Source: Octopus sinensis (lineage: Eukaryota). Taken from it: 64,000 nucleotides of DNA. The notes beneath the pieces were generated by a model. That model was not told where the DNA came from and made no database searches. It worked only from the letters and a program-made list of their open reading frames with translations. The translations under genes were made by a program, and so were the position numbers. The stretch covers positions 7,006,001 through 7,070,000 of the forward strand of contig NC_043004.1 of assembly GCF_006345805.1 (NCBI RefSeq), read 5' to 3'. How positions within the stretch are numbered: position 1 is the first letter of the stretch; every line of letters starts with the position of its first letter. Shown here in pieces: positions 1-12,098 of this stretch.

Positions 1-104
1 CTGAAAAGACCTATATTATAGTTACGCTTTCTACTTTCGAATTGATATTAAAATTTTCTAGAATAGTGTGTTGAGAGGGTTTTGTTGTTAGAATCACCAT
101 TTAC

Positions 105-223
105 CCGATGTGAGTAGTTATCGTGATTGAATATCATCATATGAATGAATACTATGAACTGGCGAAGTGGAATGCAATAGTGATACAAAAATAAGGCTTT
201 CTATACTTTTCTAGCGTGTACAT
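105..223 (-). other. Candidate non-coding (5'UTR) exon of a leftward-transcribed gene
   Basis: Acceptor ttcttattctcttcag| at 224 and donor CGG|gtaaat at 104. The following 104-nt interval ends in gtcttttcag exactly at position 1. All three frames contain stops. Confidence 0.35.
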
Positions 224-299
224 CTGAAGAGAATAAGAATGTTAGGTTACTGCTTCAATTATAAGTGTAAGATTCTAGAATTAAAGTTGCCAAGTTTCC

Positions 300-600
300 A
301 AAACGACGTTGTTGGTATGACGTTAGTAAAATAACTCCTTAAAAGGCAAAGTTTGTAAAAAGGGTCGGAAAATTGCTAAGCGACTAAAATAGTAAATAAT
401 TAATTCAGAATCAGGTTGATTTCGTTAATGGCTATGATTACGGTATTTTTATTTCTATAGTAGCTAATATGACATGATGCTGACGTTATGAAATAGTGAA
501 TGGGAGGAATGGACGTGCGTAAAAGTACGTCATGACAGAACGTGACCTTGTGACTGGCTTCCGAAAAGTAGGAACGTCATTAAGCGATGATTTTGAACGA
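300..600. promoter_or_regulatory. CpG-retaining promoter-like region with clustered ACGT (CRE/ATF-like) cores
   Basis: ACGT at 306, 320, 483, 513, 527, 540 and 574, including TGACGT and ACGTCA half-sites, in a CpG-depleted background. Confidence 0.4.
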
Positions 601-713
601 AAAATTGACACAGGAAATAATAAAAACAGTATTTATGAATTTTATGTTCCTCATCATTTCATTCTTCTGTCGTTGATAAGCGAAGTGCTAGTTAAGTACT
701 GCGTCTGACTCTC

Positions 714-734
714 TCTCATTCACACACACACACA

Positions 735-757
<23 letters not shown>
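714..757. repeat. (CA)n/(CT)n compound microsatellite
   Basis: Direct reading. Confidence 0.95.
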
Positions 758-776
<19 letters not shown>

Positions 777-1145
777 ACATACTAAGCTGTGCTGTGAAGA
801 GTTGAAGACCACTCGGAAAATTCTTTTCTCCAGGAAATGGGCCAGGGCAAAGCAACTGCTTCTCATAGAAAAGTTTTCAACTTATATACAACTTAAACAT
901 AATAATAATCGTCCCTACTATAGTTGCAAGGCCTGAAATTTGAGGAGGCTGGGATAGTTCATTACACTAGTGCTCAATTGGTACTTATTTCGACCCTGAT
1001 AGGATAAAAAGCAAAGTCGACCTCGGCGGAATTCGACGTCGGAATAAGAGCCAAAAGAAATGTTGCATTATGCATTTGTTTTACAAAATTATTGATGTAA
1101 AATCGTGTGTTGAAACAGACATTGTTATATTTGAGGACGGTCAAA

Positions 1146-1693
1146 GGCGGCGAGCTGGCAGAAACGTTAGCATGCCGGGCGAAATGCTTAACCGTATTTT
1201 GTCTGTCGCTACGTTCTGAGTTCAAATTCCGTCGAGGTCGACTTTGCCTTTCATCCTTTCGGGGTCGATTAAATAAGTACCAGTTGCGCACTGGGGTTGA
1301 TATAATCGACTTAATCCGTTTGTCTGTCCTTGTTTGTCCTCTCTGTGTTTAGCCCCTTGTGGGTAGTAAAGAAATAGGTATTTCGTCTGTGTTTACGTTC
1401 TGAGTTCAAATTCCGCCGAGGTCGACTTTGCCTTTCATCCTTTCAGGGTCGATTAAATAAGTACCAGTTGCGCACTGGGGTTGATATAATCGACTTAATC
1501 CGTTTGTCTGTCCTTGTTTGTCCTCTCTGTGTTTAGCCCCTTGTGGGTAGTAAAGAAATAGGTATTTCGTCTGCATTTACGTTCTGAGTTCAAATGCCTT
1601 TTATCCTTTCGGGGTTGATAAATCAAGTACTGGGTCGATCTAATCGACTGGCCACCTCCCCCAAAATTTCGGGCCTTGTGCCTAGAGTAGAAA
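1146..1693 (+). mobile_element. tRNA-headed SINE (GGCGGCGAGCTGGCAGAA family) with tandemly duplicated internal segment
   Basis: A-box-like head, GAGTTCAAATTCC B-box-like motif and gcctttcatcctttcggggtcgat body. The body is repeated about 3 times. The same family recurs at 6160, 25885, 35934, 44500-45390 and 58065. Confidence 0.85.
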
Positions 1694-2110
1694 TATATAT
1701 CTGAGGATGGTCATATTTTGGCAATTAAACACATATACTATCAGACTGGAGTCTGGTGCAGCTCCCCAGCTTGCCAGCTCTGGTCAAATTGTTCAACCCA
1801 TTTCAGCACGAACAATGGAGGCTAAATGATGATGACAATGACTATATATTTGATCTTCCCTTCAGCTTTATTACTATTATTTTAGGGTCTTTGTCAGAGC
1901 TTTTTCATCACACATCCATATCTAACAGGGATTCATATCACAGAAAGACAAAAAAGAATAAGGAGAGCAAGAGGAGACACATGAGATAGAGTTGCTGAAG
2001 AGGTCACAAGATGTGTGACAAAGGGCTTTGATAAAGAAACTAAAATAATAATAACAAGAACACTCAGAGAATGGAAACCTCTGCCAAGGTAACACTAACA
2101 ACGATTAGCT

Positions 2111-2415
2111 GGAGACGATTTTTAAAATGAGAATATCTGGAATAACTCGACTGCTCTCACAAAAGAGAATACTGAAAATGAACCCGACCGTTCTCAAAAA
2201 CTGAGTAAAAAACAGGAAAAACAATCCAGAATCCTTAACCAGTATTGGATCAATCCCCAAATCTAATCAGTTCAACCCAGTCGTGAGGCCAAACATTCCT
2301 GAAAGTTTCATCCAAATCCATCCAGTGGTTCCCAAGATATCTTGTCTATGGATAAACAAACAAACAAACATAACTGAAAACAATACCTCCGCCTTCACTA
2401 AGGAAGAAGTAATAA
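2111..2415 (+). mobile_element. Non-autonomous Helentron/HINE-like element
   Basis: (AAAC)n tract at about 2353-2370 followed by a 3' stem-loop cctccgcctt-cact-aaggaagaag (2386-2409). This layout is typical of mollusc HINE/Pearl-type elements. Confidence 0.5.
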
Positions 2416-3021
2416 AGCTGAAGTGAAGACCAAATATATAGTGTGTGTATTTAATTGGCAAAATATGATCATCCCCAAATATATAACAATAATTAAAATA
2501 CTGCTTTTAATCACTAAAAATATCACATATCAATGTTATTTCCCTGACTTTGTTGCATTTTGAGAGGGTCATTATGGCAATAATAAACACACGCACTGGT
2601 TCTATTTCACTTCTTTATTTTTACTAGTCAATGACATGCTCCCTCTTCTCCAGATCTTCATGAATCTTCAGGCTTTGGCAAGGAGGTCCGTGATTACCAA
2701 CACATGTAAGCCATGAAGAAAGAAAGGAAGAAAGAAAGAGGAACAGAGAGACAGAAAGGAAAGAAGGAATTGAAAATTATCAAACAAACCCAGAATCAGC
2801 AAATTACCCCCCCCCCCCCCCCACACACACACAATGGATAAATTTACCCTAATTTAAAGCCCATGGTGAATAGTAATTTTCGAAACCTTTTGAGATTGTC
2901 TGGAAATATAATTTTGTTTTTAATAATATTTTGCGAAATATTGAAATTTTGGTCAGATAAAACAGAAAATTGAATAGATAATACTGATAACAGAATATAC
3001 AATTTTAATAATAGACTTTAG

Positions 3022-3108
3022 CTCAGCAATTTTTCCAACTGTTCTTTTGAAAGAGCTGTTTCTAAATTGACTGATTCTCGTCATCAGATTGAACAGCTCA
3101 GCACAGAA
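3022..3108 (+). CDS. Candidate internal exon (LSNFSNCSFERAVSKLTDSRHQIEQLSTE), unidentified
   Basis: gactttag| acceptor, GAA|gtaaga donor, 87 nt, phase 0-0. It conflicts with an antisense 91-aa ORF (2953-3228). Confidence 0.2.
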
Positions 3109-3908
3109 GTAAGAAAATGATTGTGAGGCACTTAAGCCTTTTTTTAATAACATTGACAACAAATCAAGAGAAATGACTACATTCACCAACTGAAACTGGT
3201 CATTGATATAATTTAACTGATGGTGCACTTATCTGTAATTTTAATAGTACTCTAAAGGGCTGTGGGCAGTCAAGTGTTATGTAAAGAGAACTGATATATG
3301 GTGCTGAGGGTACTGGGGTATGGAGGCACCAGACAGTCTTTTTAGTGTTAGACAATGGCACAAATAGTAAATGGAGGAATTACAACCGTGTTTTGTGGTC
3401 TGCTACAACAGCTCCTTTATAGGACCCAGTTAGCTTGAGACATCATCAGGAGGAACCACGTCCGGTTTCAGCCCCTACTCCTCTACCATTTTGACGTGGT
3501 GGGGTCCCCCCTTTCGGAGGTGTCTTCAGCTCTGGTGTTGGGTGCATGTCTTCTTTCTTCTGTTCCCTGGCCTCTTCGATGTATCGTCAGCGAGTGTCAG
3601 CTGATGACTGACTGTCTTGTCAAATTTTTCCCTTTAAATACCTGCCACATAGGCTCCAGCAGGCAGCCCCAGCAAGTTGTCACGTGACACTGTCTCACCT
3701 TAACTGACTAGTGAAGGCGCGCTTTTTCTAAACGACCGTGTATTGGTGGTGAATATGAGAGGGTGTTGAGAATGATAACAGATATGAGAAGTGTTAAGAT
3801 GAAGTATTACAGAGAAGAGGTAGAGAGAACTGAAGAATATTATACCAAAACTAGATTTTTGTTGTCTGTTAAGTCAGAACATCAGAATGCCAATTGTATT
3901 TAGCTTAC

Positions 3909-4084
3909 CAAATCTAAACTGATCTTTTCTGTATTTTGTTGATATGAGTTAATATTTACAGTTTTCATATAGGGATCATTAAAAAAATCTGTTATCCGCC
4001 CCTCTAATTTTTTTACTCTCAGAGTGTGTAGAAATTCAGTTAGATGCAGATTTTGTAAACACACATCCATGCAAGTGACCATTG
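3909..4084 (-). CDS. Candidate internal exon (MVTCMDVCLQNLHLTEFLHTLRVKKLEGRITDFFNDPYMKTVNINSYQQNTEKISLDL), unidentified
   Basis: Open frame, ttcaag| acceptor, TTG|gtaagc donor, 176 nt, phase 1-0. No homology recognised. Confidence 0.25.
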
Positions 4085-4570
4085 CTTGAATTTCAGCAAT
4101 TAAAAAACTTAGTTTCATCTTCATGACCTTGTGTACACACATTTTTTTTTCTTGTATGGTTAAGAATCTCGCTTTGCAACCATGTCTTCTACTATAGTCC
4201 TGGGCTGAGCAAAGCCTTGAGAGCAAATTTGGTAGAGGGGAAACTCAGTGGAAGCAATCATCATCATCATCATCATCATTTATATGTGCGTTTGTTCTTC
4301 CCCTACTGCATTACAACCAATGTTGGTTTGTTTACATTGCCTGTTACTTTGTGGTTCAGCAAAAGAGACCAATGGAACAAGTGCCAGATTTATAAAAAAG
4401 CGTAAGTACTTTGGCTGATTAGTTCAAGTAAAGCCCTTCAAAGCTGTGCCCCAGCATGGCTGCAGTTCAATAGCTGAAATAATTAAAAGATAAAAGATTT
4501 GTGCATGAGTTGTGCACATGCACAGCTTAGAGGAAATTCTGATTAGTATGTTATATCTGACCATCTAAAA

Positions 4571-5231
4571 CAATGGTTCCCAAACCTTTCCTGGCTGCTG
4601 TCCCCTTAGCACCCAGGCCAGACCCCCAGCACTCCCACACACCAAACTCACCACCACAAACACAGACCACTTTCTGCAGCAAACTCAAAACAACTGTATT
4701 TCACGAATAAAAGTTAGACGCAGGAGTGGCTGTGTGGTAAGTAGCTTGCTTACCACATGGTTCCAGGTTCAGCCCCACTGCGTGGCACCTTAGGCAGGTG
4801 TCTTCTACTATAACCTCGGGCCGACCAAAGCCTTGTGAGTGGATTTGGTAGACGGAAACTCAAAGAAGCCTGTCGTATATATGTATATATGTGTGTATGT
4901 ATGTTTGTGTGTCTGTGTTTGTCCCCCTAGCATTTCTTGACAACCAATGCTGGTGTGTTTATGTCCCTGTCACTTAGTGGTTCGGCAAAAGAGACCGATA
5001 GAATAAGTACTGGGCTTACAAAGAATAAGTCCCGGGGTCGATTTGCTCAACTAAAGGCAATGCTCCAGTATGGCCGCAGTCAAATGACTGAAAGAAGTAA
5101 AAGAGTAACGTAATTAACCCATTGAGTTTTTTTTACATCCATTGCTTCATTTTGGGCACCCTATTATCACCCCACTTTTCTTCACTCCCCCCCCCCCCGA
5201 GGGGCAGTACTACACACTTTGGGAACCACTG
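4571..5231. mobile_element. hAT-type MITE with 8-bp TSD, interrupted by a SINE
   Basis: TIRs caatggttcccaaa / tttgggaaccactg. Perfect 8-bp flanking duplication ATCTAAAA at 4563-4570 and 5232-5239. Confidence 0.85.
4717..5108 (+). mobile_element. tRNA-headed CORE-type SINE (gcaggagtggctgtgtggtaag family) with internal TA/TG microsatellite
   Basis: A box TGGCTGTGTGG, B box GGTTCAG, caccttgggcaagtg CORE-like segment and 3' ...gactgaaacaagtaaaagag. More than 20 copies in the window. Confidence 0.9.
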
Positions 5232-5451
5232 ATCTAAAACATCATTACAATAGTGTAGGTTGGCAATAAATTGAAAGTTGAGCAAGTAACATCAGTTAGT
5301 ACCTGGTTGGAGCTTCTTAGGTATCACTGGCTACCTGGATACTTTGTGACACAGTGAAAAGCCAACCATGACTGCTCAAATGCGACAGAAGCCCAGGGAG
5401 TCTTGATAACATGCTTGTGATTGCTGGAACACAATTTCTCTTTCTTTGTAC

Positions 5452-5780
5452 TTCTTTTCACTTGTTTCAGCCGTTGGGCTGTAGCCATGCTGGGGCACAG
5501 CCTTGAAGTGCAGATCCCACTATTTATTTTTTTAATGTCTACTAGTTTTCTATCAGTCTTCAGGGATGTGAACAAACCAACACCAATTGTCAAGCTGTAT
5601 GGGAGGCACACAGACTCAAAGACACACATAGATGACAGGGTTCCATACAGCTTTTACTGATCAAACTCACTCACAAGACAACGGTCAGCCCAAAGCCAGA
5701 GTAGAAAACACTTTCCCATGATACTGTGCAGTGGTACTGAACCCAAAGCCACATGATTGCAAGCAAGATTCTTGACCATT
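5452..5780 (-). mobile_element. Diverged copy of the same SINE family
   Basis: Reverse-complement match to 4717-5108. Confidence 0.7.
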
Positions 5781-6159
5781 TTAAGTTTTCTTATTTTTAA
5801 CAACAACCTACAAATTTTCTATGGGTTTCTGGTCAGGCAAATTACATGTCAAGGAAACACGTTGCTGACATGATCAACAAACCAAGTAGTGGTTATTTAT
5901 GATTTTGTTTGCAGGCGCCAAACCATGTTGGACCCCGACTAACATCTAACTTGAAGATAATGTGTTAAATAAGAAATCATGGTTGCAAATGAACAATAAG
6001 ATAACGATCTAGGCAGCAGTTTTGCTTCTATTTAAATAGTCAAGGTGGCTCATAGACTACTGATCTCTGATTGGCTAAAAAAATCTCATATGACAATCAG
6101 TAATGCTAAATTGTCGTCTGCATGAGAACGCTACGAGTCTATAATCTATAATAATTATG

Positions 6160-6530
6160 TTGGCAGACTCGTTAACACGCCGGGCTAAATGCTTAGTGGT
6201 ATTTCGTCTGCCGCTACGTTCTGAGTTCAAATTCTGTCGAGGTCGACTTTGCCTTTCATCCTTTCGTGGTCGATTAAATAAGTACCAGTTACGCACTGGA
6301 ATCGATATAATCGACTTAATCCGTTTGTCTGTCCTTGTTTGTCCTCTCTGTGTTTAGCCCCTTGTGGGTAGTAAAGGAATAGTATTTCGCCCGTTGCTAC
6401 ATTCTGAGTTCAAATTCCGCCGAGGTCGACTTTGCTTTCATCCTTTCGGGTTCGATTAAATAATTACCAATTACGCATTGGGTTCGATGTAATCGACTTA
6501 ATCCCCTTCCCCAAGCTGCCCTTGAAATCA
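6160..6530 (+). mobile_element. SINE (GGCGGCGAGC family), tandem partial duplicate, ending in (TTA)n
   Basis: Near-identical to 1146-1560. Confidence 0.85.
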
Positions 6531-7685
6531 TTATTATTATTATTTATAGTTTATTATGATTTCTTGTTAATATGCAAGTCATTCATTGATATATTTTAGA
6601 GAACTCTTAAAAAATTCAGAATTGAGTGAAAACCGGAATATAAATTCTAAGTTTCATGATGGTCTTGGGAAAGAAATTAATCATGTTGATATTGAATAGC
6701 CGAAACAGAATTTAAGCATGAAACACGGCAAAATATTCAATGGTTAAACTTGCATGTTTCAACGAAAGACATTCCCCAGGAAGAAGCAAAACATGTGAAT
6801 TAATGGGCTCTTCTAATTTACAAATAATAACTAGAGATTTGTGCAAAGCAAAAATCACTAGCACAATATTAAGCTCACAAAAAAAGTAAACAAATATTAA
6901 TAAATGGCGGATAAGAATTATTGGAAACTGGAAAAAAAGTAGAGCAGGAAAGCGAGCATTCTAGTTTGATATCGAAGGGTGGAGAGAGAAAAGGATTTTG
7001 TCATAAATTAATGAACAAAAATGAATGGAAAAAAAATTTTTCCCATTCTTTATTTTGTCGTACGTTCTAAAACCAAAATATAATCTAACATAAAATTGTA
7101 AAAAAAAAAAGGTAATAGCTGATTAAGTTAACTTCCATTCATATATAACTTGAAGTCAATTTTTTTACCCATTTTCCGGCAGAGGAGAAAAAGAAGTAGG
7201 AATGTGAAAGAAATATATATAAAGACATTGAAAGGAAGAAGGAACCATCTTGCCTGGAGATTTCTAATCTGTGTTTTGTAATAAATGAACAGAAAAAGAA
7301 AAAATAATGTAACTTAGATAATGAAAATAAAAATAATGTTATTCTACTATAATTAATAACGATCGGGATTGCGTCATTGCTAAAATTAATTTGTTTATGG
7401 CGAAAAATGCCTATAATGACATTGAATTATACGTATTTCGCCTGGCTCTGTATTCATTAACGTTAGCTCTACATGACATATGCGTATTTCTTAAAATGTA
7501 TTTTTACATTGCATATTTAAAATAACGAAGAATAATAAAGAAACTATTCATATTTCGTAAAAAGATATAAATAAATGTATCAGTATTTTCTCTACACATA
7601 TTCTATAGATCGTTCTTAACTGAATTTGATCAATGTGTTTTTCAATTCGTTAAAATAATTCTCGTTGCTTATCAATCACGCCCGA

Positions 7686-7723
<38 letters not shown>

Positions 7724-7938
7724 TATATATTATATATAATGTTGCTAAATATGTTCGTAAAAAAGTGACCGTGGTCTGTGCAAAATGAAAACGAAGCGTA
7801 TTGACTAATGCCTTATAAACACCATAGGGTGGATTTCTGACATAACATGAAAAATTCCTTATATCTATCAGCATCAATACATACATTCATACCTACCTAC
7901 CTACCTACCTACATACATACATACATACATACATAATA

Positions 7939-7974
<36 letters not shown>

Positions 7975-9844
7975 GTGCATGAATGTGAAACAAGGTGGAA
8001 AAAATAGTACTAAAATACCAGAGGTAGAGTAATATGCTTTATAAATATGTATTCCACAACAGTTTCGCATGATTGATCTAAAAAGTCACCCAATCAGTGT
8101 GAAGATGTAATGTGATTTGGCTTCTTGAATATTCTAGAAATGTGTGCCCTTTCACCCTAGTTAAACAATGTGGCACCTAAATTATAGAAGACTGCAGTTA
8201 GCCTTCAGAAAAGAAAGGTTATGGTAGACTACAGCTAGCCGTCAAGTAAGACAGATTACAGTTTTCTACTCCAATCTTTTAAAATGTGCAGCAGTATTTG
8301 TATCTATGATTTTCTCTTCCAAGTAAATAATGTCTAAGCCAACACCATAAATTTATTCCTACTTACTATCCTAATAACTAGTGAATTTGTGATAGTTTCC
8401 ATGCTTATATGCACAGTTTTTCTATCAGTAGAATATGGCTGAACGTTTGGGAGTTTGTTTATTTTAATGTTACATGCAGCCAAACTGATCTTACATTCAA
8501 TCTTCTTTTTCTTTCTAGAAACCAACTACATGGCAATGGTCTTCAGCAAGCTTGTGACAATGGTGACCCAGACATTCAGTCTATCATCATACAAATATAT
8601 CATCGTCATTGACCAGCATGACAATACTAACCCTGACAAGAAAAGGCCAGCAAAGAATAAATAAATAAATAAAAATAAAAAAAGCCTGTGACACACTCAA
8701 GAGAAATTTTGAAGAGTTATTCTTTTATGTAGTTGAGTATTCTTGGTTATAGCATATAACTTATCAGAGAGTTATTATTGGTTTCTTATCTACTATTGCA
8801 CCTGGCAATATAGACAACTCATCAAACATGCTGACCAGAAACACATAGCCTTATTAATGCTGGGGGCCAGTTTGGTAGAGAGAAAAAAAAAACAAAATGA
8901 AAAAAACCCTTTCTGAGTGGAAAGGAAGAGTTGCCCACTCGCTTGTACAATTCCAGCCACGGCTGAAGTTATCAGCTATGCCTGCATACAGTTTATTCCA
9001 TTCCCTAGCCCATAAATGGGGGAAACCATGTTTTCAAAATGAATTTTCTGTCATAAAGGTGGTGGTTGAAAATTCCACTTTTTAAATTCAAGAAGGCACC
9101 AATTTGTTAGGATCATTATTCTCTTGACTAAGCAAAATTTGCACTGACTGCTTTTGTTGAGGTATGGCTCAGGTTATTCCAGCAGTTCTGAGTTAAACAT
9201 GTATGGTGTCCCTACATCTTTTGTCATATATAGATGGGGACAATGTAATTGACTTACCACCTCTCCTGAAATTGCTGGCCTTGTGCCAAAATTTGGAATC
9301 AATATTATGTACTGTGTTTAACTATATTTTGTGATATAATGGAAAGTGTATATGTTTAAAATTTTTTAAAAGGTTTCAAAGAGATTGGGCTTTTTTTCAC
9401 ACTGCCAATGTTTATTTTGATTATAAATAGGTCCATGTTTAGGTGCTGATGGATCTGGGGACTATACTGAAGTAGTTGGTGTTCCCTAAATTTAAAGATA
9501 CAATCAGTAAGTAATTAATAATGAAGTGAGAAAGCACAGGTTATATTATCTAGTTGTCTAACATTCACATTGAACCAAAAAAAAATATCATTTTGTGAGA
9601 AAATAACTTCTGCATCTTGCTGATTGTAATTATAATACAGAGGTAGTTGCATGTAAGAGAGTTGATCAAGGAAGTGGACTAAATTGAAATTACAGACAGA
9701 AGACTATGAAGTTGAGGTAAAGTTATAGAACTGAGAAATTATTGCACCAAATATTTTTATGCTAAAATTTATTTTTGCTGAATTTATTCCATATTCAAAT
9801 GAACCAAGTTATTTTTGACAGGCACTCTGCAAATAATATACAAA

Positions 9845-10230
9845 GATTGCTAACTTTTCCAAGTAACATTTTTAAACATCAAAATTTTTTCAAATTCAAA
9901 ATCTACTTGTGAGCAGCTGATTTAAAAATATATTCATCTAAAATCTATGCAAAGATTACAGATATTTTTTTTATTGTTATTAAATCTCTCTAAATAAATC
10001 TGATTAACAAAGAGATTATATTGAATAAAATAACCTCTAGTTATGATCCTCAGCTACATTACATTAGATCCAACCAATGAAATCGTTGCATGATTCTCAG
10101 CTAGACTGCCAAAATAAACTCTTAAGAAAAGCTGTGTAGTCTGATTAAAAACAACTCTGAGTATGTTGCCAGAAGCAGAATGTTATTTTCTGGAGAGAAA
10201 CATCATAGCTGAAGCTGGTTGCTAATTAAT
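9845..10230 (+). repeat. Unclassified repeat, copy A of an inverted pair (partner 29640-30062)
   Basis: Core 9991-10182 matches the reverse complement of 29688-29878 with about 8 differences. Flanks are more diverged. Confidence 0.9.
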
Positions 10231-10360
10231 GTCGCACAATGACTGCTAATAATTTTACTTCAAGTCTTACTATAGTTGCCGAAATCTACTGCTTTGTGTT
10301 GTATTTTGAGAGGAAAAGATAGTGACATTATGCTTTGTACCAGATATGTCATTTTTGTGA

Positions 10361-10361
<1 letters not shown>

Positions 10362-10404
<43 letters not shown>

Positions 10405-10641
10405 CATACATACATACATACATACATACCTACATACATACATACATATACGAAAATAATAAGAATGCACTATGTATGACTTCTGGCATACCTTTCAGTG
10501 CATGCTTATAGCAAAGAATGTAATTATTAATTAGATCCTTTGTGATTAACAGTATTTTTAATGTAGGTGCACTCATACACTTGCACACATGTGAATGTAT
10601 ATGCATGTGCGGGTGCATATGTACATGTATACATACATACA

Positions 10642-10674
<33 letters not shown>

Positions 10675-10768
10675 GCATACACATGCATATATATATGTAC
10701 ATATTGTATTGTACATATATATATATATATGCATACACATGTACATATATATATGCATACACATGCAT
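10362..10768. repeat. (TA)n/(TACA)n microsatellite blocks
   Basis: Direct reading. Source of the IYIY/MYVC ORFs. Confidence 0.95.
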
Positions 10769-11288
10769 ATCATCATCATCATCATCATCATCATCATTTA
10801 GCGTCCGTTTTCCATGCTAGCATGGGTTGGACGGTTCTACTGGGGTCTGTGAAGCCAGAAGGCTTCATCAGGCCCAGTCAAATCTGGCAGTGTTTCTACG
10901 GCTGGATGCCCTTCCTAACGCCAACCACTCCGTGAGTGTAGTGGGTGCTTTTTATGTGCCACCCGCACTGGTGCCAGACAGAGCTGGCAAACGGCCACGA
11001 ACGGATGGTGCTTTTTATGTGCCACCGGGACGAGGGCCAGGCGAGGCTGGCAACGGACACGAAACGGGGCGGTGCTGGCAACGGTCGCGAAACGGAAAGT
11101 TCTCTTACATGCCACCGGCACTGGTAACACATCTGCAATTTCCATTGATCGATTTCCATTGATCGATTTCGATTCTGATCCTCACTTGCCTCAATGGGTC
11201 TTCACAAGCAGAGTTTCGACATGCCACCGGCACTGGTAGCACATCCGCAATTTCCATTGATCGATTTCGATTCTGATCCTCACTTGCC
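10769..11288 (-). mobile_element. RTE-associated 3' tail element ending in (GAT)n, with internal tandem duplications
   Basis: gttggcgttaggaagggcatccag...catggaaaacggacgctaaatgatgatg on the minus strand. Family recurs at 15910, 24420, 32760, 36290, 39610, 44270, 56376 and 57130. Confidence 0.75.
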
Positions 11289-12098
11289 ATATATGTACAT
11301 ATTTTTTAGTTTATTTTTGTAATTAGAATAATGAGGGCAAGCTGACATTTTTGGAGATAGTTGCATAAGAAAGGAAAAGTCAAAAAGTATAATTAATTGA
11401 ATTTAATTAAGAGGTTGGAATATTTCTAGCAAGAGGTACATATTTGAACAGTGTGTTTAAGGGTGCAGTAGACTTTGCTTCAGCATGAGACCAAAAAAAT
11501 TATTGGTTGCTCCTGTTGGTGGCATGGCTTTGTGGTAAGATCCTTGTTCCCTAGCCACATGGTTCTGGTTTCAGTCCCACTGCATGGCACCTATAGACTT
11601 CTGCTAGAGCCCTGGGCCAACCAAAGCCTTATGACTAGATTTTGTAGATGAAAACTATGTGGAAGCACATCACATATAAGTATATCTTTTATCTTTTACT
11701 TGTTTCAGTCATTAGTATGTGGCTATGCTGGGGCACTAACTTCAAGAATATTTTCGTTGAATGAATTGACCCCAGTACTTTTTTTTTAAAGCCTGGTACT
11801 CATTCTATCAGTTTCTTTTGCTGAACCACTAAGTTAGGGGATGTAAACACCCCAGTACCAGTTGTCAAGTGGTGGGGGGGACAAACACAGACACAAAAGC
11901 ACGCACACATGCACACACACACACACACAACAGGCTTCTTTCAGTTTTCATCTACCAAATCTACTCGCAAGGCTTTGGTCAGCCTGAGGCTATAGTAGAA
12001 GTCACTTACCCAAGGTTCCACACAGTGGGACTGAAACAGAGCCATGTGTATGCAGACAAAAAGTAGGAGCTATAGATGCTCAATGTAGAAAACATGTA

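Noticed and set aside
1695-1735. CTGAGGATGGTCATATTTTGGC, resembling a hammerhead 5' half
   Set aside because: No GAAA core follows.
4717-4790. tRNA genes at SINE heads (also 1146, 19231, 34563 and others)
   Set aside because: Only A/B-box remnants are present. There is no complete cloverleaf and each continues into a SINE body.
8897-9085. Protein-like minus reading HGFPHLWAREWNKLYAGIADNFSRGW
   Set aside because: Bounded by a stop with only a weak donor, and no recognisable homology.
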